Source: Escherichia phage LYE-01. From it: a stretch of 64,000 bases of DNA. The DNA lies in the sequence record PQ303785.1; one strand, given 5' to 3'. Under the pieces are notes generated by a model. It made no database searches. It was not told the origin of the DNA and was given only the letters and a program-made list of their open reading frames with translations. The translations under genes were made by a program, and so were the position numbers. How positions within the stretch are numbered: position 1 is the first letter of the stretch; the number at the start of each line of letters is the position of its first letter. Shown here one piece after another: positions 49,569 to 61,161 of this stretch.

Positions 49569-50407
49569 TTCAATTTGTAATTCCAAGTTATCAACGCGTA
49601 GGGGCAGTTTCTGCCCTTGATATGTTTCCGACTGATTATGAACCTCATATTGTAGTACGTGAACATGAAGAAAAAGCTTATTATGACGCTTACGGGTCTA
49701 GAGCTAAAATTATAACTATTCCTGATGATGTTAATGGAATTGCTGGTACTCGTAAAGCAATTACTGATATGTATGCAGGTCAACGAATCTGGATGATTGA
49801 TGATGATACTACTATTCGTATGAGTTCAATGCGAAAGAAAGATGATCGTCGCTGCGTAGATAAAATTAATCAGTTAACCCGTGAGCAGTTCTATGAATTG
49901 ATTCAATACGTTGAAGATGCCATGGATTGCGGGTATTATCATGGTCATGCTCGTCTACCAATTTTTAAAATTACTTCATCTTGGGGTAATTATCGTGAAA
50001 ATTCATATGGATTCACGAATACATGGTATGATTTAGGAAAACTTACAACAGAACAAATTGGGTATGGAAAAATTGATTTATGCGAAGATATGTATGCATT
50101 TCTCAATTTAATTAATCAAGGTTATCCACATTTAGCCTTGTTCAAATATCTGGTTGTATCCGGAAAAGCACAGGCTCCCGGTGGATGCAGCTCAATTCGT
50201 AGTAATTCTAAACATAATAGAGCGCTTGAGCAAATCAATAGAGAGTTTCCAGAGCAAGCTCGTTGGAAAACTTCTAATATTGAAAAACGAAAATCATTAG
50301 GTGAAGAAGACGAGCCATTAAAGGTTCTTCGCATGTGTGTTTCACGCAAAGAAAAATCAGAAGCGTTTCATAAGTTTAATGCTATTCATCCAATAGCGGT
50401 TGATTAA
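49565..50407 (+). CDS. GT-A-fold glycosyltransferase (candidate T2/T6-type beta-glucosyl-HMC alpha-glucosyltransferase)
   Basis: 280 aa with DxD-like WMIDDDT; occupies the T4 bgt position but is not T4 Bgt-like. Confidence 0.55.
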   Translation: MIQFVIPSYQRVGAVSALDMFPTDYEPHIVVREHEEKAYYDAYGSRAKIITIPDDVNGIAGTRKAITDMYAGQRIWMIDDDTTIRMSSMRKKDDRRCVDKINQLTREQFYELIQYVEDAMDCGYYHGHARLPIFKITSSWGNYRENSYGFTNTWYDLGKLTTEQIGYGKIDLCEDMYAFLNLINQGYPHLALFKYLVVSGKAQAPGGCSSIRSNSKHNRALEQINREFPEQARWKTSNIEKRKSLGEEDEPLKVLRMCVSRKEKSEAFHKFNAIHPIAVD

Positions 50408-50485
50408 TGCCTAAATTTATTGTGTTATAATTACTCTATCTTTAACCAGTGAGGAAAATATAATGATGCCTATGGAAAAAAATGA

Positions 50486-51667
50486 ATGTCTATTGCAGAT
50501 TTAAAATCCCGTTTGATTAAAGCTTCCACTTCTAAAATGACTGCTGAACTGACTACATCTAAATTCTTTAATGAAAAGGATGTAATCCGTACAAAAATCC
50601 CAATGCTTAATATCGCTATTTCAGGTGCGATTGACGGTGGTATGCAGTCTGGTTTAACCATTTTTGCAGGTCCTTCTAAACACTTTAAATCAAATATGTC
50701 TTTGACTATGGTTGCGGCGTATTTGAACAAATATCCTGACGCGGTATGTCTATTTTATGATAGCGAATTTGGTATTACTCCAGCTTATTTGCGATCCATG
50801 GGAGTTGACCCGGAACGAGTAATTCATACACCAATCCAGTCAGTTGAACAGCTGAAAATTGATATGGTGAATCAGCTTGAAGCTATTGAGCGCGGTGAAA
50901 AGGTTATTGTATTCATTGACTCAATCGGTAATATGGCTTCTAAGAAAGAAACGGAAGATGCCTTGAATGAAAAATCTGTGGCAGATATGACTCGTGCTAA
51001 ATCACTGAAGTCATTATTCCGTATTGTTACTCCTTATTTTAGTATTAAAAACATTCCGTGTGTTGCGGTTAACCATACAATTGAAACAATTGAAATGTTT
51101 AGTAAAACCGTGATGACAGGTGGTACAGGCGTAATGTATTCGGCTGATACTGTATTCATTATCGGTAAGCGCCAGATTAAAGATGGTTCTGATCTTCAGG
51201 GGTATCAATTTGTTCTAAATGTAGAAAAATCTCGTACCGTTAAAGAAAAAAGTAAATTCTTTATTGATGTTAAATTTGACGGTGGCATCGATCCTTATTC
51301 TGGATTGTTAGATATGGCTCTTGAATTAGGATTTGTGGTAAAACCTAAAAATGGCTGGTATGCTCGTGAATTTCTTGACGAAGAAACTGGCGAGATGATT
51401 CGCGAAGAAAAATCTTGGCGTGCAAAAGATACCAATTGCACTACATTCTGGGGTCCTTTATTTAAGCATCAACCATTCCGAGATGCTATTAAACGTGCTT
51501 ATCAATTAGGTGCTATTGATAGTAATGAAATTGTTGAAGCTGAAGTTGATGAATTAATTAACTCAAAGGTTGAAAAATTTAAATCTCCAGAAAGTAAAAG
51601 TAAATCAGCAGCTGATTTAGAAACTGACCTAGATCAGTTAAGTGATATGGAAGAATTTAATGAATAA
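50486..51667 (+). CDS. uvsX: recombinase UvsX (RecA-like)
   Basis: 393 aa, RecA-type Walker A GPSKHFKS. Confidence 0.95.
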   Translation: MSIADLKSRLIKASTSKMTAELTTSKFFNEKDVIRTKIPMLNIAISGAIDGGMQSGLTIFAGPSKHFKSNMSLTMVAAYLNKYPDAVCLFYDSEFGITPAYLRSMGVDPERVIHTPIQSVEQLKIDMVNQLEAIERGEKVIVFIDSIGNMASKKETEDALNEKSVADMTRAKSLKSLFRIVTPYFSIKNIPCVAVNHTIETIEMFSKTVMTGGTGVMYSADTVFIIGKRQIKDGSDLQGYQFVLNVEKSRTVKEKSKFFIDVKFDGGIDPYSGLLDMALELGFVVKPKNGWYAREFLDEETGEMIREEKSWRAKDTNCTTFWGPLFKHQPFRDAIKRAYQLGAIDSNEIVEAEVDELINSKVEKFKSPESKSKSAADLETDLDQLSDMEEFNE

Positions 51668-51998
51668 AGATGATTTAGATCTAGAAATTATCGACGAATC
51701 CCCCTCTTCGGAGGGGGAAGAAGAAAGAAAAGAACGTCTTTTTAATGAATCTCTTAAGATAATTAAATCTGCCATGGAAAATGTTATCCAGGAGATTGTC
51801 ATTAAACTAGAAGACGGTTCTACACACATTGTGTATGTGACAAAATTAGATTGGGTTGATGGAAAAGTCGTAATGGACTTTGCTGTTCTTGACCAAGAAA
51901 GAAAAGCTGAGTTAGCTCCTCATGTAGAAAAATGTATTACAATGCAACTACAAGATGCATTTAATAAAAGGTCAAAGAAAAAATTTAAATTCTTTTAA
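51660..51998 (+). CDS. 40: head vertex assembly chaperone gp40
   Basis: ATG at 51660 within track ORF 51642..51998; position between uvsX and 41. Confidence 0.75.
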   Translation: MNKDDLDLEIIDESPSSEGEEERKERLFNESLKIIKSAMENVIQEIVIKLEDGSTHIVYVTKLDWVDGKVVMDFAVLDQERKAELAPHVEKCITMQLQDAFNKRSKKKFKFF

Positions 51999-52007
51999 GG
52001 AGTAAGT

Positions 52008-53435
52008 GTGGTAGAAATTATTCTTTCTCATCTCATATTTGATCAAGCTTATTTTTCAAAAGTTTGGCCATATATGGATTCAGAATATTTTGAAAGTGGT
52101 CCAGCTAAAAATACATTCAAATTAATTAAATCTCATGTTAATGAGTACCATAGCGTTCCATCTATTAATGCGTTAAATGTTGCGTTAGAAAATAGTTCAT
52201 TTACTGAAACAGAATATTCTGGTGTAAAAACACTTATTTCAAAACTGGCCGATTCTCCGGAAGACCATAGCTGGTTAGTAAAAGAAACAGAAAAATATGT
52301 TCAGCAAAGGGCGATGTTTAACGCTACATCTAAAATAATTGAAATTCAAACTAATGCTGAGCTTCCTCCGGAAAAACGAAATAAGAAAATGCCAGATGTA
52401 GGTGCTATTCCTGACATCATGCGCCAAGCATTATCAATTTCATTTGATAGTTACGTTGGTCATGATTGGATGGATGACTACGAAGCACGTTGGCTATCTT
52501 ATATGAATAAAGCTCGTAAGGTTCCATTTAAACTCAAAATTCTAAATAAAATTACTAAAGGCGGAGCTGAAACTGGAACACTGAACGTTTTAATGGCTGG
52601 TGTTAACGTTGGTAAGTCATTAGGTCTGTGTTCATTGGCAGCAGATTATTTACAGCTTGGACATAATGTTCTTTACATTTCCATGGAAATGGCAGAAGAA
52701 GTCTGTGCTAAACGTATTGATGCTAATATGCTTGACGTTTCTCTTGATGACATTGATGATGGGCATATTTCTTACGCTGAATATAAAGGAAAAATGGAAA
52801 AATGGCGTGAGAAATCTACTCTTGGACGTTTAATCGTTAAACAGTATCCTACTGGTGGAGCAGACGCTAATACATTTCGTTCTCTTTTGAACGAATTGAA
52901 GCTCAAGAAGAATTTTGTTCCAACAATCATTATTGTCGACTATCTGGGCATTTGTAAATCTTGCCGCATCAGAGTTTATTCGGAAAATAGTTACACAACT
53001 GTTAAAGCCATCGCAGAAGAATTGCGTGCTCTGGCTGTTGAAACTGAAACTGTTCTTTGGACTGCAGCACAGGTTGGTAAGCAAGCTTGGGATTCTTCTG
53101 ATGTTAACATGAGCGATATTGCGGAATCTGCCGGTCTTCCAGCAACAGCCGATTTTATGCTTGCGGTCATTGAAACCGAGGAGTTAGCAGCTGCTGAACA
53201 ACAACTCATTAAGCAAATCAAATCACGATATGGTGATAAGAATAAATGGAATAAGTTTTTGATGGGTGTTCAAAAAGGAAATCAGAAATGGGTAGAAATT
53301 GAACAAGATTCTACTCCAACTGAAGTGAACGAAGTAGCAGGTTCACAACAGATACAAGCTGAACAGAACCGCTATCAAAGAAACGAATCCACTCGAGCTC
53401 AGTTAGATGCTTTGGCGAATGAATTAAAATTTTAG
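52008..53435 (+). CDS. 41: replicative DNA helicase gp41
   Basis: 475 aa, DnaB-like, Walker A GVNVGKS; GTG start. Confidence 0.95.
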   Translation: MVEIILSHLIFDQAYFSKVWPYMDSEYFESGPAKNTFKLIKSHVNEYHSVPSINALNVALENSSFTETEYSGVKTLISKLADSPEDHSWLVKETEKYVQQRAMFNATSKIIEIQTNAELPPEKRNKKMPDVGAIPDIMRQALSISFDSYVGHDWMDDYEARWLSYMNKARKVPFKLKILNKITKGGAETGTLNVLMAGVNVGKSLGLCSLAADYLQLGHNVLYISMEMAEEVCAKRIDANMLDVSLDDIDDGHISYAEYKGKMEKWREKSTLGRLIVKQYPTGGADANTFRSLLNELKLKKNFVPTIIIVDYLGICKSCRIRVYSENSYTTVKAIAEELRALAVETETVLWTAAQVGKQAWDSSDVNMSDIAESAGLPATADFMLAVIETEELAAAEQQLIKQIKSRYGDKNKWNKFLMGVQKGNQKWVEIEQDSTPTEVNEVAGSQQIQAEQNRYQRNESTRAQLDALANELKF

Positions 53436-53463
53436 TTTACAAGCTGACAAGACTATGGTATAG
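53434..53463 (+). promoter_or_regulatory. early promoter with stem-loop (PeSL)
   Basis: GTTTACAAGCTGA, then inverted repeat CAAGACTA ... TAGTCTTG enclosing the -10 TGGTATAGT. Confidence 0.6.
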
Positions 53464-53493
53464 TAGTCTTGTTGGTTAAATGAGGAGATTGTT

Positions 53494-53676
53494 ATGGAAT
53501 TGGTAAAGGTAGTTTTTATGGGGTGGTTTAAGAATGAAAGCATGTTTACTAAAGAAATCACAATGATGAAAGATGACGTTCAATGGGCTACTACTCAATA
53601 TGCTGAAGTTAATAAAGCATTAGTTAAAGCTTTCATTGATGACAAGAAAGTATGCGAAGTGGATTGCCGAGGATAA
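53494..53676 (+). CDS. dmd: Dmd-like antitoxin (61.5)
   Basis: 60 aa, the size of T4 Dmd, first ORF downstream of 41. Confidence 0.6.
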   Translation: MELVKVVFMGWFKNESMFTKEITMMKDDVQWATTQYAEVNKALVKAFIDDKKVCEVDCRG

Positions 53677-53677
53677 T

Positions 53678-53920
53678 ATGCACATTGTTTTATTTAAACC
53701 TACTCCGTATAATGTCAGGAAAAATACTCAATTCAAGGCACTTATTGCGGATACGTGGGAATTGGTGTTAGATATTCCAGCAGAAGAAAGCCCTCCATTT
53801 GGTCGAGTGGAATTTATTAAGTTTGCTGTGCGCCCTACGAAGCGACAGATTCGCCAATGCAAAAGATACTTTCGTAAAATCGTCAAGTTAGAGAAACAGT
53901 TATTGATGCTAGTAAAATAG
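53678..53920 (+). CDS. hypothetical protein
   Basis: about 80 aa from ATG at 53678. Confidence 0.45.
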   Translation: MHIVLFKPTPYNVRKNTQFKALIADTWELVLDIPAEESPPFGRVEFIKFAVRPTKRQIRQCKRYFRKIVKLEKQLLMLVK

Positions 53921-53923
53921 TAG

Positions 53924-53952
53924 TTTACAAGCTGATAGAGTTGTGTTATAGT
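53924..53952 (+). promoter_or_regulatory. early promoter with stem-loop (PeSL)
   Basis: GTTTACAAGCTGATAGAG ... TTCTATCAGCT inverted repeat enclosing the -10 TGTTATAGT. Confidence 0.6.
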
Positions 53953-53986
53953 AATTCTATCAGCTAATCGCGGAGAAAAGAAAATG

Positions 53987-54238
53987 ATGCTAGTTAATAG
54001 AGAATATCAGTTTAAATCAGAAGAAGATTTGGAAAAATTCGCGAGTGGTTGTGAACTGAATAGACGCACAGCTAAAGTCATAGGATTAAAACCCTTTACA
54101 GTTCTAGATTGTGAAGTTTCTAAATTCCGCAGAGGGTGTTCTATTAGCGGTCATGCTCTGGTTGATGGAAACACATTTTTCTTTGTTTTTAGCGTCAGAG
54201 AACTTTTATTGATTAACGAACTTGAGGAAATAAAATAG
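53987..54238 (+). CDS. hypothetical protein
   Basis: 83-84 aa. Confidence 0.45.
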   Translation: MLVNREYQFKSEEDLEKFASGCELNRRTAKVIGLKPFTVLDCEVSKFRRGCSISGHALVDGNTFFFVFSVRELLLINELEEIK

Positions 54239-54296
54239 TTTACTTTTGTTGGAAATTGAGATACTATTATAAACATAAACTACTGAGGAGATTATC

Positions 54297-54590
54297 ATGA
54301 AAAAATTTGTTTTTGCTGCAATTTTTGCTTTAGCTTCTTGCGCTGCTCAGCCTGCTATGGCAGGTTATGATAAAGATTTGTGCGAATGGTCTATGACTGC
54401 AGATCAGACTGAGGTTGAAACTCAGATTGAAGCAGATATTATGAATATCGTTGAGCGTGATCGCCCTGAAATGAAAGCTGAAGTACAAAAACAGCTTAAG
54501 TCTGGTGGTGTAATGCAGTATAATTACGTTCTGTATTGTGATAAAAACTTCAATAATAAAAATATCATCGCTGAAGTGGTAGGTGAATAA
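54297..54590 (+). CDS. sp: Spackle-like periplasmic protein
   Basis: 97 aa with cleavable signal peptide ending AMA; size and 41-61 location match T4 Sp. Confidence 0.6.
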   Translation: MKKFVFAAIFALASCAAQPAMAGYDKDLCEWSMTADQTEVETQIEADIMNIVERDRPEMKAEVQKQLKSGGVMQYNYVLYCDKNFNNKNIIAEVVGE

Positions 54591-55216
54591 TGCTTTATCA
54601 AATGCACAAGTGCAAAGACACGTACAAATATAAAGGTGCCCAGTGTTATATCATTAATCGTGAAAACGCAGGTCCAGGTCATTCGCATCAATCGCGGTTT
54701 GTATTCGTTAAAAACAACGAAATTATAGCAGTTGCTAATTACGTGCTTGTGACTAGTGATGTTAATCCGGTGCCTTTTACATATTATAATCTAATGGACT
54801 TGGCGTACGATTATAATTGGTTTAATCATGACACTTTGGCTCATATCGAAGGCGTAGGATTTGACATCTCTTACTCTAGTTACTCGTTGTGTCCTATGAG
54901 CCGAGCTCATAAAGAGCCTGAATATTTTTCATTTCGGCGGCGCGTAGACTTTAAACGCAGCACAGAGTATATTGGTGGAATCTTTGTTAAAGATAATCGA
55001 ATTACTCGCATTATTTATCCTTTGGGTTGTGGTCAAAAAGATATTGAGGTTGATTTAGACTTTACTGAAAACATCATTAATCATATTGCTTCTGTGTATT
55101 TTGATATTGATCACAAAATTGTAATATGCGGATATGAATTACCATCGGAAAAACAGTTTAAAGTAAAAGTTTCTATTGATGACCAAATTTTTAATGCTTT
55201 TATGAATAGAGGTTAA
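54590..55216 (+). CDS. hypothetical protein (61.1 position)
   Basis: 208-aa ORF. Confidence 0.5.
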   Translation: MLYQMHKCKDTYKYKGAQCYIINRENAGPGHSHQSRFVFVKNNEIIAVANYVLVTSDVNPVPFTYYNLMDLAYDYNWFNHDTLAHIEGVGFDISYSSYSLCPMSRAHKEPEYFSFRRRVDFKRSTEYIGGIFVKDNRITRIIYPLGCGQKDIEVDLDFTENIINHIASVYFDIDHKIVICGYELPSEKQFKVKVSIDDQIFNAFMNRG

Positions 55217-55217
55217 T

Positions 55218-55382
55218 ATGAAAACATATAAAGAATTTATCAAAGAAGATATGGTAGCTGGAGATTCAGGTGGTAATCCTGAAAATATCTCTACTGGAAC
55301 AACGTCAGGCGCTGTAGTAAATAAAGGTCCTGAACAGATTCCTAAAAAGAAAAAAGAGGAATCTAAAGAAAAAGAAGAGTAA
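55218..55382 (+). CDS. mini protein with capsid-targeting leader
   Basis: 54-aa ORF MKTYKEFIKEDMVAGDSGG ... KKKKEESKEKEE with GAGG SD; below track cutoff. Confidence 0.45.
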   Translation: MKTYKEFIKEDMVAGDSGGNPENISTGTTSGAVVNKGPEQIPKKKKEESKEKEE

Positions 55383-55384
55383 AA

Positions 55385-56413
55385 ATGTCATCAATACCTT
55401 GGATTGATAATGAGTTTGCATACCGTGCGCTAGCTCATTTACCTAAATTCACACAAGTAAATAATAGTTCAACTTTTAAATTACGGTTTAGATGCCCTGT
55501 TTGTGGAGATTCAAAAACCGACCAAAATAAAGCCCGTGGATGGTATTATGGCGATAATAATGAAGGAAATATTCATTGTTATAATTGCAACTATCATGCA
55601 CCAATCGGAATATATTTAAAGGAGTTTGAACCCGATTTATATCGTGAGTATATCTTTGAAATAAGAAAAGAAAAAGGTAAAAGTCGTCCAGTAGAAAAAC
55701 CTAAAGAACTTCCTAAACAACCTGAGAAGAAAATAATTAAATCTCTTCCGTCATGTATTAGATTAGATAAACTGGCGGAAGACCATCCAATTATAAAATA
55801 CGTAAAAGCTCGCTGTATTCCAAAGGACAAATGGAAATATCTTTGGTTTACAACCGAATGGCCTAAATTAGTTAATAGCATAGTACCAGGAACATACAAA
55901 AAGGAAATACCTGAGCCTCGTCTTGTTATTCCAATTTATAATGCTAATGGAAAAGCTGAGTCTTTTCAAGGACGTGCATTAAAGAAAGATGCTCCTCAAA
56001 AATATATCACCATCAAAGCTTATCCTGAGGCAACAAAAATCTATGGTGTTGAACGGATTAAAGACGGTGATGTATATGTTCTAGAAGGACCTATAGATTC
56101 GCTTTTTATTGAAAATGGTATAGCTATTACGGGCGGTCAATTAGACCTAGAAATTGTTCCATTTAAAGATAGACGTGTATGGGTTTTAGATAATGAACCT
56201 CGTCACCCTGACACTATTAAACGAATGACTAAATTAGTTGATGCAGGAGAAAGGGTTATGTTTTGGGATAAATCTCCCTGGAAATCAAAAGATGTTAATG
56301 ATATGATTAGAAAGGAAGGTGCAACCCCTGAACAAATTATGGAATATATGAAAAATAATATTGCCCAAGGGCTGATGGCTAAAATGCGGCTATCTAAATA
56401 TGCTAAGATTTAA
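55385..56413 (+). CDS. 61: DNA primase gp61
   Basis: 342 aa; N-terminal zinc ribbon CPVCGDS ... CYNC and TOPRIM-type core. Confidence 0.95.
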   Translation: MSSIPWIDNEFAYRALAHLPKFTQVNNSSTFKLRFRCPVCGDSKTDQNKARGWYYGDNNEGNIHCYNCNYHAPIGIYLKEFEPDLYREYIFEIRKEKGKSRPVEKPKELPKQPEKKIIKSLPSCIRLDKLAEDHPIIKYVKARCIPKDKWKYLWFTTEWPKLVNSIVPGTYKKEIPEPRLVIPIYNANGKAESFQGRALKKDAPQKYITIKAYPEATKIYGVERIKDGDVYVLEGPIDSLFIENGIAITGGQLDLEIVPFKDRRVWVLDNEPRHPDTIKRMTKLVDAGERVMFWDKSPWKSKDVNDMIRKEGATPEQIMEYMKNNIAQGLMAKMRLSKYAKI

Positions 56414-56610
56414 ATTAACCCAACCAAAGCAAATGCTAAATCTACGAATGTATCAAGAGTAATTACTGGAATACTAACGCCATGAGCAATAGCAACTGGC
56501 GATAAAACAAAATTCCAAAGTAAAATTCCTATCATAGCAGAAATAGTAAAAGCTATACGTTTTTTATTACCTTTGATGGCATTAACAAGTGCCATTAATT
56601 TTTGTACCAT
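56410..56610 (-). CDS. small membrane protein encoded on the minus strand
   Basis: 66 aa with two hydrophobic helices; strong SD AAGGAGG 7 nt upstream of ATG on the minus strand; stop overlaps the gene 61 stop; only convincing minus-strand gene in the window. Confidence 0.55.
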   Translation of the reverse strand: MVQKLMALVNAIKGNKKRIAFTISAMIGILLWNFVLSPVAIAHGVSIPVITLDTFVDLAFALVGLI

Positions 56611-56642
56611 GCGTCGTCCTCCTTTAAATTAAATATTTATCG

Positions 56643-56660
56643 CAAATTTTACAAAATTTG
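56643..56660. promoter_or_regulatory. perfect palindrome CAAATTTT-AC-AAAATTTG in divergent promoter region
   Basis: 8-2-8 inverted repeat abutting the -35 of the plus-strand promoter and lying upstream of the minus-strand gene. Confidence 0.4.
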
Positions 56661-56689
56661 TTTACTTTCTCAGCTTGCTGTGGTATTAT
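56660..56689 (+). promoter_or_regulatory. T4-type early promoter
   Basis: GTTTAC, 18 nt, TGGTATTAT upstream of ORF 56715. Confidence 0.55.
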
Positions 56690-56714
56690 AAAATAAACTG
56701 CTGAGGATAATATA

Positions 56715-58054
<1,340 letters not shown>

Positions 58055-58114
58055 CTGCTTATATATTCAAATGATATAATTATTTAACTTATTAATGAAT
58101 TGAAAGGAAAAATA

Positions 58115-58633
58115 ATGGCATACTTTAATGAATGTTCACAACTGATTGAAGGCGCTGATAAAGCTCAAAATGAATACTGGGATATTCTCGGTGATGAAAA
58201 AGACCCGCTGCAAGTTATGCTTGATATGCAGAAATCTTTGCAGGTTCGTTTAGCTAAAGATAAACCTGAATATAACCGTCATCCTGATGATTTGGCTACT
58301 GCAGGTGAAGTTGTCGATTGGCTGCGTAATCAGAAAGATTATATTGACGATGAATTCCGTGAACTTCTGACATCTCTTGGCGGTATGAGCAATGGCGAAA
58401 AAGATGCATCTGCTGTATGGAAGCCTTGGAAAGCTCAACATGGTGAACGTCGTGAAACTCTAATTACTGATTTGTCTCCACAAGACCAGTTGGAAATTAA
58501 ATTCGAAATGATTGATATTCTTCATTTCGTTCTGAATATGTTCCAAGGTCTCGGCCTTACTGCTGAAGAAATCTTTAAACTTTATTATCTGAAGAATGCT
58601 GAAAACTTCGCTCGTCAAGACCGAGGTTATTAA
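58115..58633 (+). CDS. 56: dCTP pyrophosphatase gp56 (MazG-like)
   Basis: 172 aa from ATG at 58115; position after dam. Confidence 0.8.
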   Translation: MAYFNECSQLIEGADKAQNEYWDILGDEKDPLQVMLDMQKSLQVRLAKDKPEYNRHPDDLATAGEVVDWLRNQKDYIDDEFRELLTSLGGMSNGEKDASAVWKPWKAQHGERRETLITDLSPQDQLEIKFEMIDILHFVLNMFQGLGLTAEEIFKLYYLKNAENFARQDRGY

Positions 58634-58715
58634 TAGCTCGTTTATTTAAACGACGACTTAAAAGCCGCGAGAATTATTATAAATAATCATGTAATTTAAA
58701 TAAAAGGAGAATTAC

Positions 58716-58961
58716 ATGGCTAGTACTCGCGGTTATGTTAATATCAAAACGTTTGAGCAGAAATTAGATGGAAATAAGAAAATTGAAGGAAAGGAAATTT
58801 CTGTAGCTTTCCCTCTTTATTCTGACGTTCACAAAATTTCTGGCGCTCATTACCAGACATTCCCTTCAGAAAAAGCAGCATATACTACTGTATATGAAGA
58901 AAATCAACGTACTGAATGGATTGCCGCAAACGAAGATTTGTGGAAAGTAACTGGTGGTTAA
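58716..58961 (+). CDS. soc: small outer capsid protein Soc
   Basis: 81 aa (MASTRGYVNIKTFEQKLDGNKKIEGKEISVAFPLYSDV...); matches my recollection of T4 Soc. Confidence 0.9.
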   Translation: MASTRGYVNIKTFEQKLDGNKKIEGKEISVAFPLYSDVHKISGAHYQTFPSEKAAYTTVYEENQRTEWIAANEDLWKVTGG

Positions 58962-58969
58962 TAATTCAA

Positions 58970-58993
58970 GGACTCCTTCGGGAGTCCTTTTTT
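58970..58993 (+). terminator. intrinsic terminator (UUCG tetraloop plus U-run)
   Basis: ggactcc-TTCG-ggagtcc followed by TTTTTT. Confidence 0.75.
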
Positions 58994-59003
58994 CATTTTA
59001 CTG

Positions 59004-59033
59004 GTTTACTTTCCAAAATGAGTATGGTATAAT
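59004..59033 (+). promoter_or_regulatory. T4-type early promoter
   Basis: GTTTAC, 18 nt, TATAAT. Confidence 0.6.
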
Positions 59034-59059
59034 AAAATTATCTTATAGAGGAGAGCACT

Positions 59060-59266
59060 ATGTTAAATCGCTGGATTAAACCAAATGAAGATTTAGATAT
59101 TATCATTTCACGACATGTAATGAAGAAATATGAACTACAGCCATGGTCTACAGAAGTTGTTGTGCATTCATTTATGATGTACGCAGATGGTTCTGTCGAA
59201 TTTAATGCAGAGATTCGATATGATTATGGTGAGAAGCAAGTTGAATTCAAGAGAGGCTTTTTGTAA
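59060..59266 (+). CDS. hypothetical protein
   Basis: 68 aa. Confidence 0.45.
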   Translation: MLNRWIKPNEDLDIIISRHVMKKYELQPWSTEVVVHSFMMYADGSVEFNAEIRYDYGEKQVEFKRGFL

Positions 59267-59607
59267 TGTTTATCTTTAACTGGTTTAAAAATTTCTTTAC
59301 GGATTTTTTCTCTACAGCTCCTGGAGAAGGTGTAGTTCCTATTTCAAATGACTACCTTCCTTTAACTGTAGTTGAATATGTTTATATGGGAGATGGAACA
59401 GTAGAAGCGGTTACTATGACTTATGAAGAAGCCCAGGAATATTATAAAAATCCTTGGCGCTGGTCAACACCTGCTGCATCATCTAATACACAGAATACAC
59501 AGTCTAGTTCTGATTCATATGACACTAATGTTCCTGTTCATGTATGGGCGGGCGATTCGTGTGGAAGTTCTTGTGATTCTAGTTGTTCATCTACATTTTG
59601 CGATTGA
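59266..59607 (+). CDS. hypothetical protein with Ser/Cys-rich C-terminus
   Basis: 113 aa; tail rich in Ser and Cys ([14 protein letters not shown]). Confidence 0.45.
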   Translation: MFIFNWFKNFFTDFFSTAPGEGVVPISNDYLPLTVVEYVYMGDGTVEAVTMTYEEAQEYYKNPWRWSTPAASSNTQNTQSSSDSYDTNVPVHVWAGDSCGSSCDSSCSSTFCD

Positions 59608-59615
59608 GGAAAATT

Positions 59616-60101
59616 ATGGAAGCGATTTTGTTTGAAATGTATATTAGCAGTGATAGCATGTCGTTTGCTAAAGATGTTCCAATTACAGTAGCAGTAATGA
59701 TTGATAAGGGTTATTGTGACCCAATGTATCTAGTAGAAAATTTCGTTTCAATGCCAGTTCCAGAAGATGCTGAAATAAAGCTTAAAAAGATCGGAATTAT
59801 TGAAACTGTACCAAATATTCCGTTTAGAGCAATTGAAGCATTTACTAAATCCGAATACATTAATGTTAGCGCAGAACAATATAATGATAAGCCTTTATCT
59901 TTTTATTCGTACGATTCACTATATAGTTGGAAAATAGATAAAGGAAATAAATTTATAATTGCAAGTGAAGATGCTTTATCATACTTTATTTCTTCTGTAT
60001 GGAATAGTTTACATCCAAATTTGCTAAAAATTCATGAATTTGATGATGCTCCTACTGTTGTTTTAGGTAAAACAAATGAAAGTTCTGAAGAAAATGTTTG
60101 A
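59616..60101 (+). CDS. hypothetical protein (possibly mrh-like by position)
   Basis: 161 aa from ATG at 59616. Confidence 0.45.
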   Translation: MEAILFEMYISSDSMSFAKDVPITVAVMIDKGYCDPMYLVENFVSMPVPEDAEIKLKKIGIIETVPNIPFRAIEAFTKSEYINVSAEQYNDKPLSFYSYDSLYSWKIDKGNKFIIASEDALSYFISSVWNSLHPNLLKIHEFDDAPTVVLGKTNESSEENV

Positions 60102-60279
60102 ATGGTTCAATAGACCAAACTCAATGTATATTGACGATGGTTGGGTTGAACAAGCAAATAAAGAAATGCAGAACGAATCAGAAGAATGGATGAAATCAAT
60201 GATTAGTGCCGAGAAAGAAAAGAAATTAGAACGCTCAGCGCTTAAATTGATGAGAGACATCTATGGGGATAAATCATGA
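60076..60279 (+). CDS. hypothetical protein
   Basis: 67 aa. Confidence 0.4.
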   Translation: MKVLKKMFEWFNRPNSMYIDDGWVEQANKEMQNESEEWMKSMISAEKEKKLERSALKLMRDIYGDKS

Positions 60280-60432
60280 ACAAAGATATGACGCTAGAAG
60301 AGGCCAAGGCTAAAGCAAATGAAGCATTGGATTTGCTTCTTAAAATTGGCAGTAAAATGATGGAAGAAAATGAGAAATATATCCAGGAAAACAAAATTCC
60401 TGACGGCCCGTTAGTAGGCAAGAGGAAATCAC

Positions 60433-60903
60433 ATGATTGAAGTAGCAAAACATTATTCAATAGAATTTATGTCTAAAGAAGGTAAATCAGTAAATACACT
60501 TGATAAAAAGTGCTCATTAATTATTCCTTTAGCAGAAAATCCGGATATTTTAATTAAAGATATAAAAGAAAGAAAATATCCAGAAAATGTTATTCTAATT
60601 ATAAAGCATACTGAAGATATTTTGCAGAATACTGATTCACCGTTTTCTTCTTCTGAAGCTTTAACTATCAAAGGCTATAAAAGAGCTCATGAATATGGTC
60701 TTTTTGACCTGTTTGAAGATGATAAAGTTAAATTAGCGAGTCAACCTTCTAAAAGTAAAACATTCATTATTGAAGATATTAAAGACATAAATGCATTTGT
60801 TAAGATGGTCTGGGCTCATTTTGATGTTGGACTACGCTGGAGAATGTCCGAAGAAGAAAGAAAAATTATTGAAGCTAATCGTTATTTTGGTTTTTATCGC
60901 TAG
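60433..60903 (+). CDS. hypothetical protein
   Basis: 156 aa. Confidence 0.5.
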   Translation: MIEVAKHYSIEFMSKEGKSVNTLDKKCSLIIPLAENPDILIKDIKERKYPENVILIIKHTEDILQNTDSPFSSSEALTIKGYKRAHEYGLFDLFEDDKVKLASQPSKSKTFIIEDIKDINAFVKMVWAHFDVGLRWRMSEEERKIIEANRYFGFYR

Positions 60904-60911
60904 GAATTAAT

Positions 60912-61094
60912 ATGGATTTATTTGAGATGTTAGAAGATAATCATTCTACGAATATCCAGAATGATTCTAGTGATTATAAGAAAGAGTACCGTATAGTATT
61001 ACAGAATTATGGAATTGAAGCCCCAGATGCTCTTCTAGAAGAACTAGCTTCATACCATCTTGACCCTCCGCCCTGGGCTCCCTGGGCAAAATAA
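60912..61094 (+). CDS. hypothetical small acidic protein
   Basis: 60 aa. Confidence 0.4.
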   Translation: MDLFEMLEDNHSTNIQNDSSDYKKEYRIVLQNYGIEAPDALLEELASYHLDPPPWAPWAK

Positions 61095-61105
61095 TTCAAA
61101 AAGTT

Positions 61106-61135
61106 GTTTACTTTCCTTCCTAACAATGATATGAT
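61106..61135 (+). promoter_or_regulatory. T4-type early promoter
   Basis: GTTTAC, 18 nt, TATGAT upstream of modB. Confidence 0.5.
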
Positions 61136-61161
61136 AGCTTCTGAAGTATATGGAGGCTATC

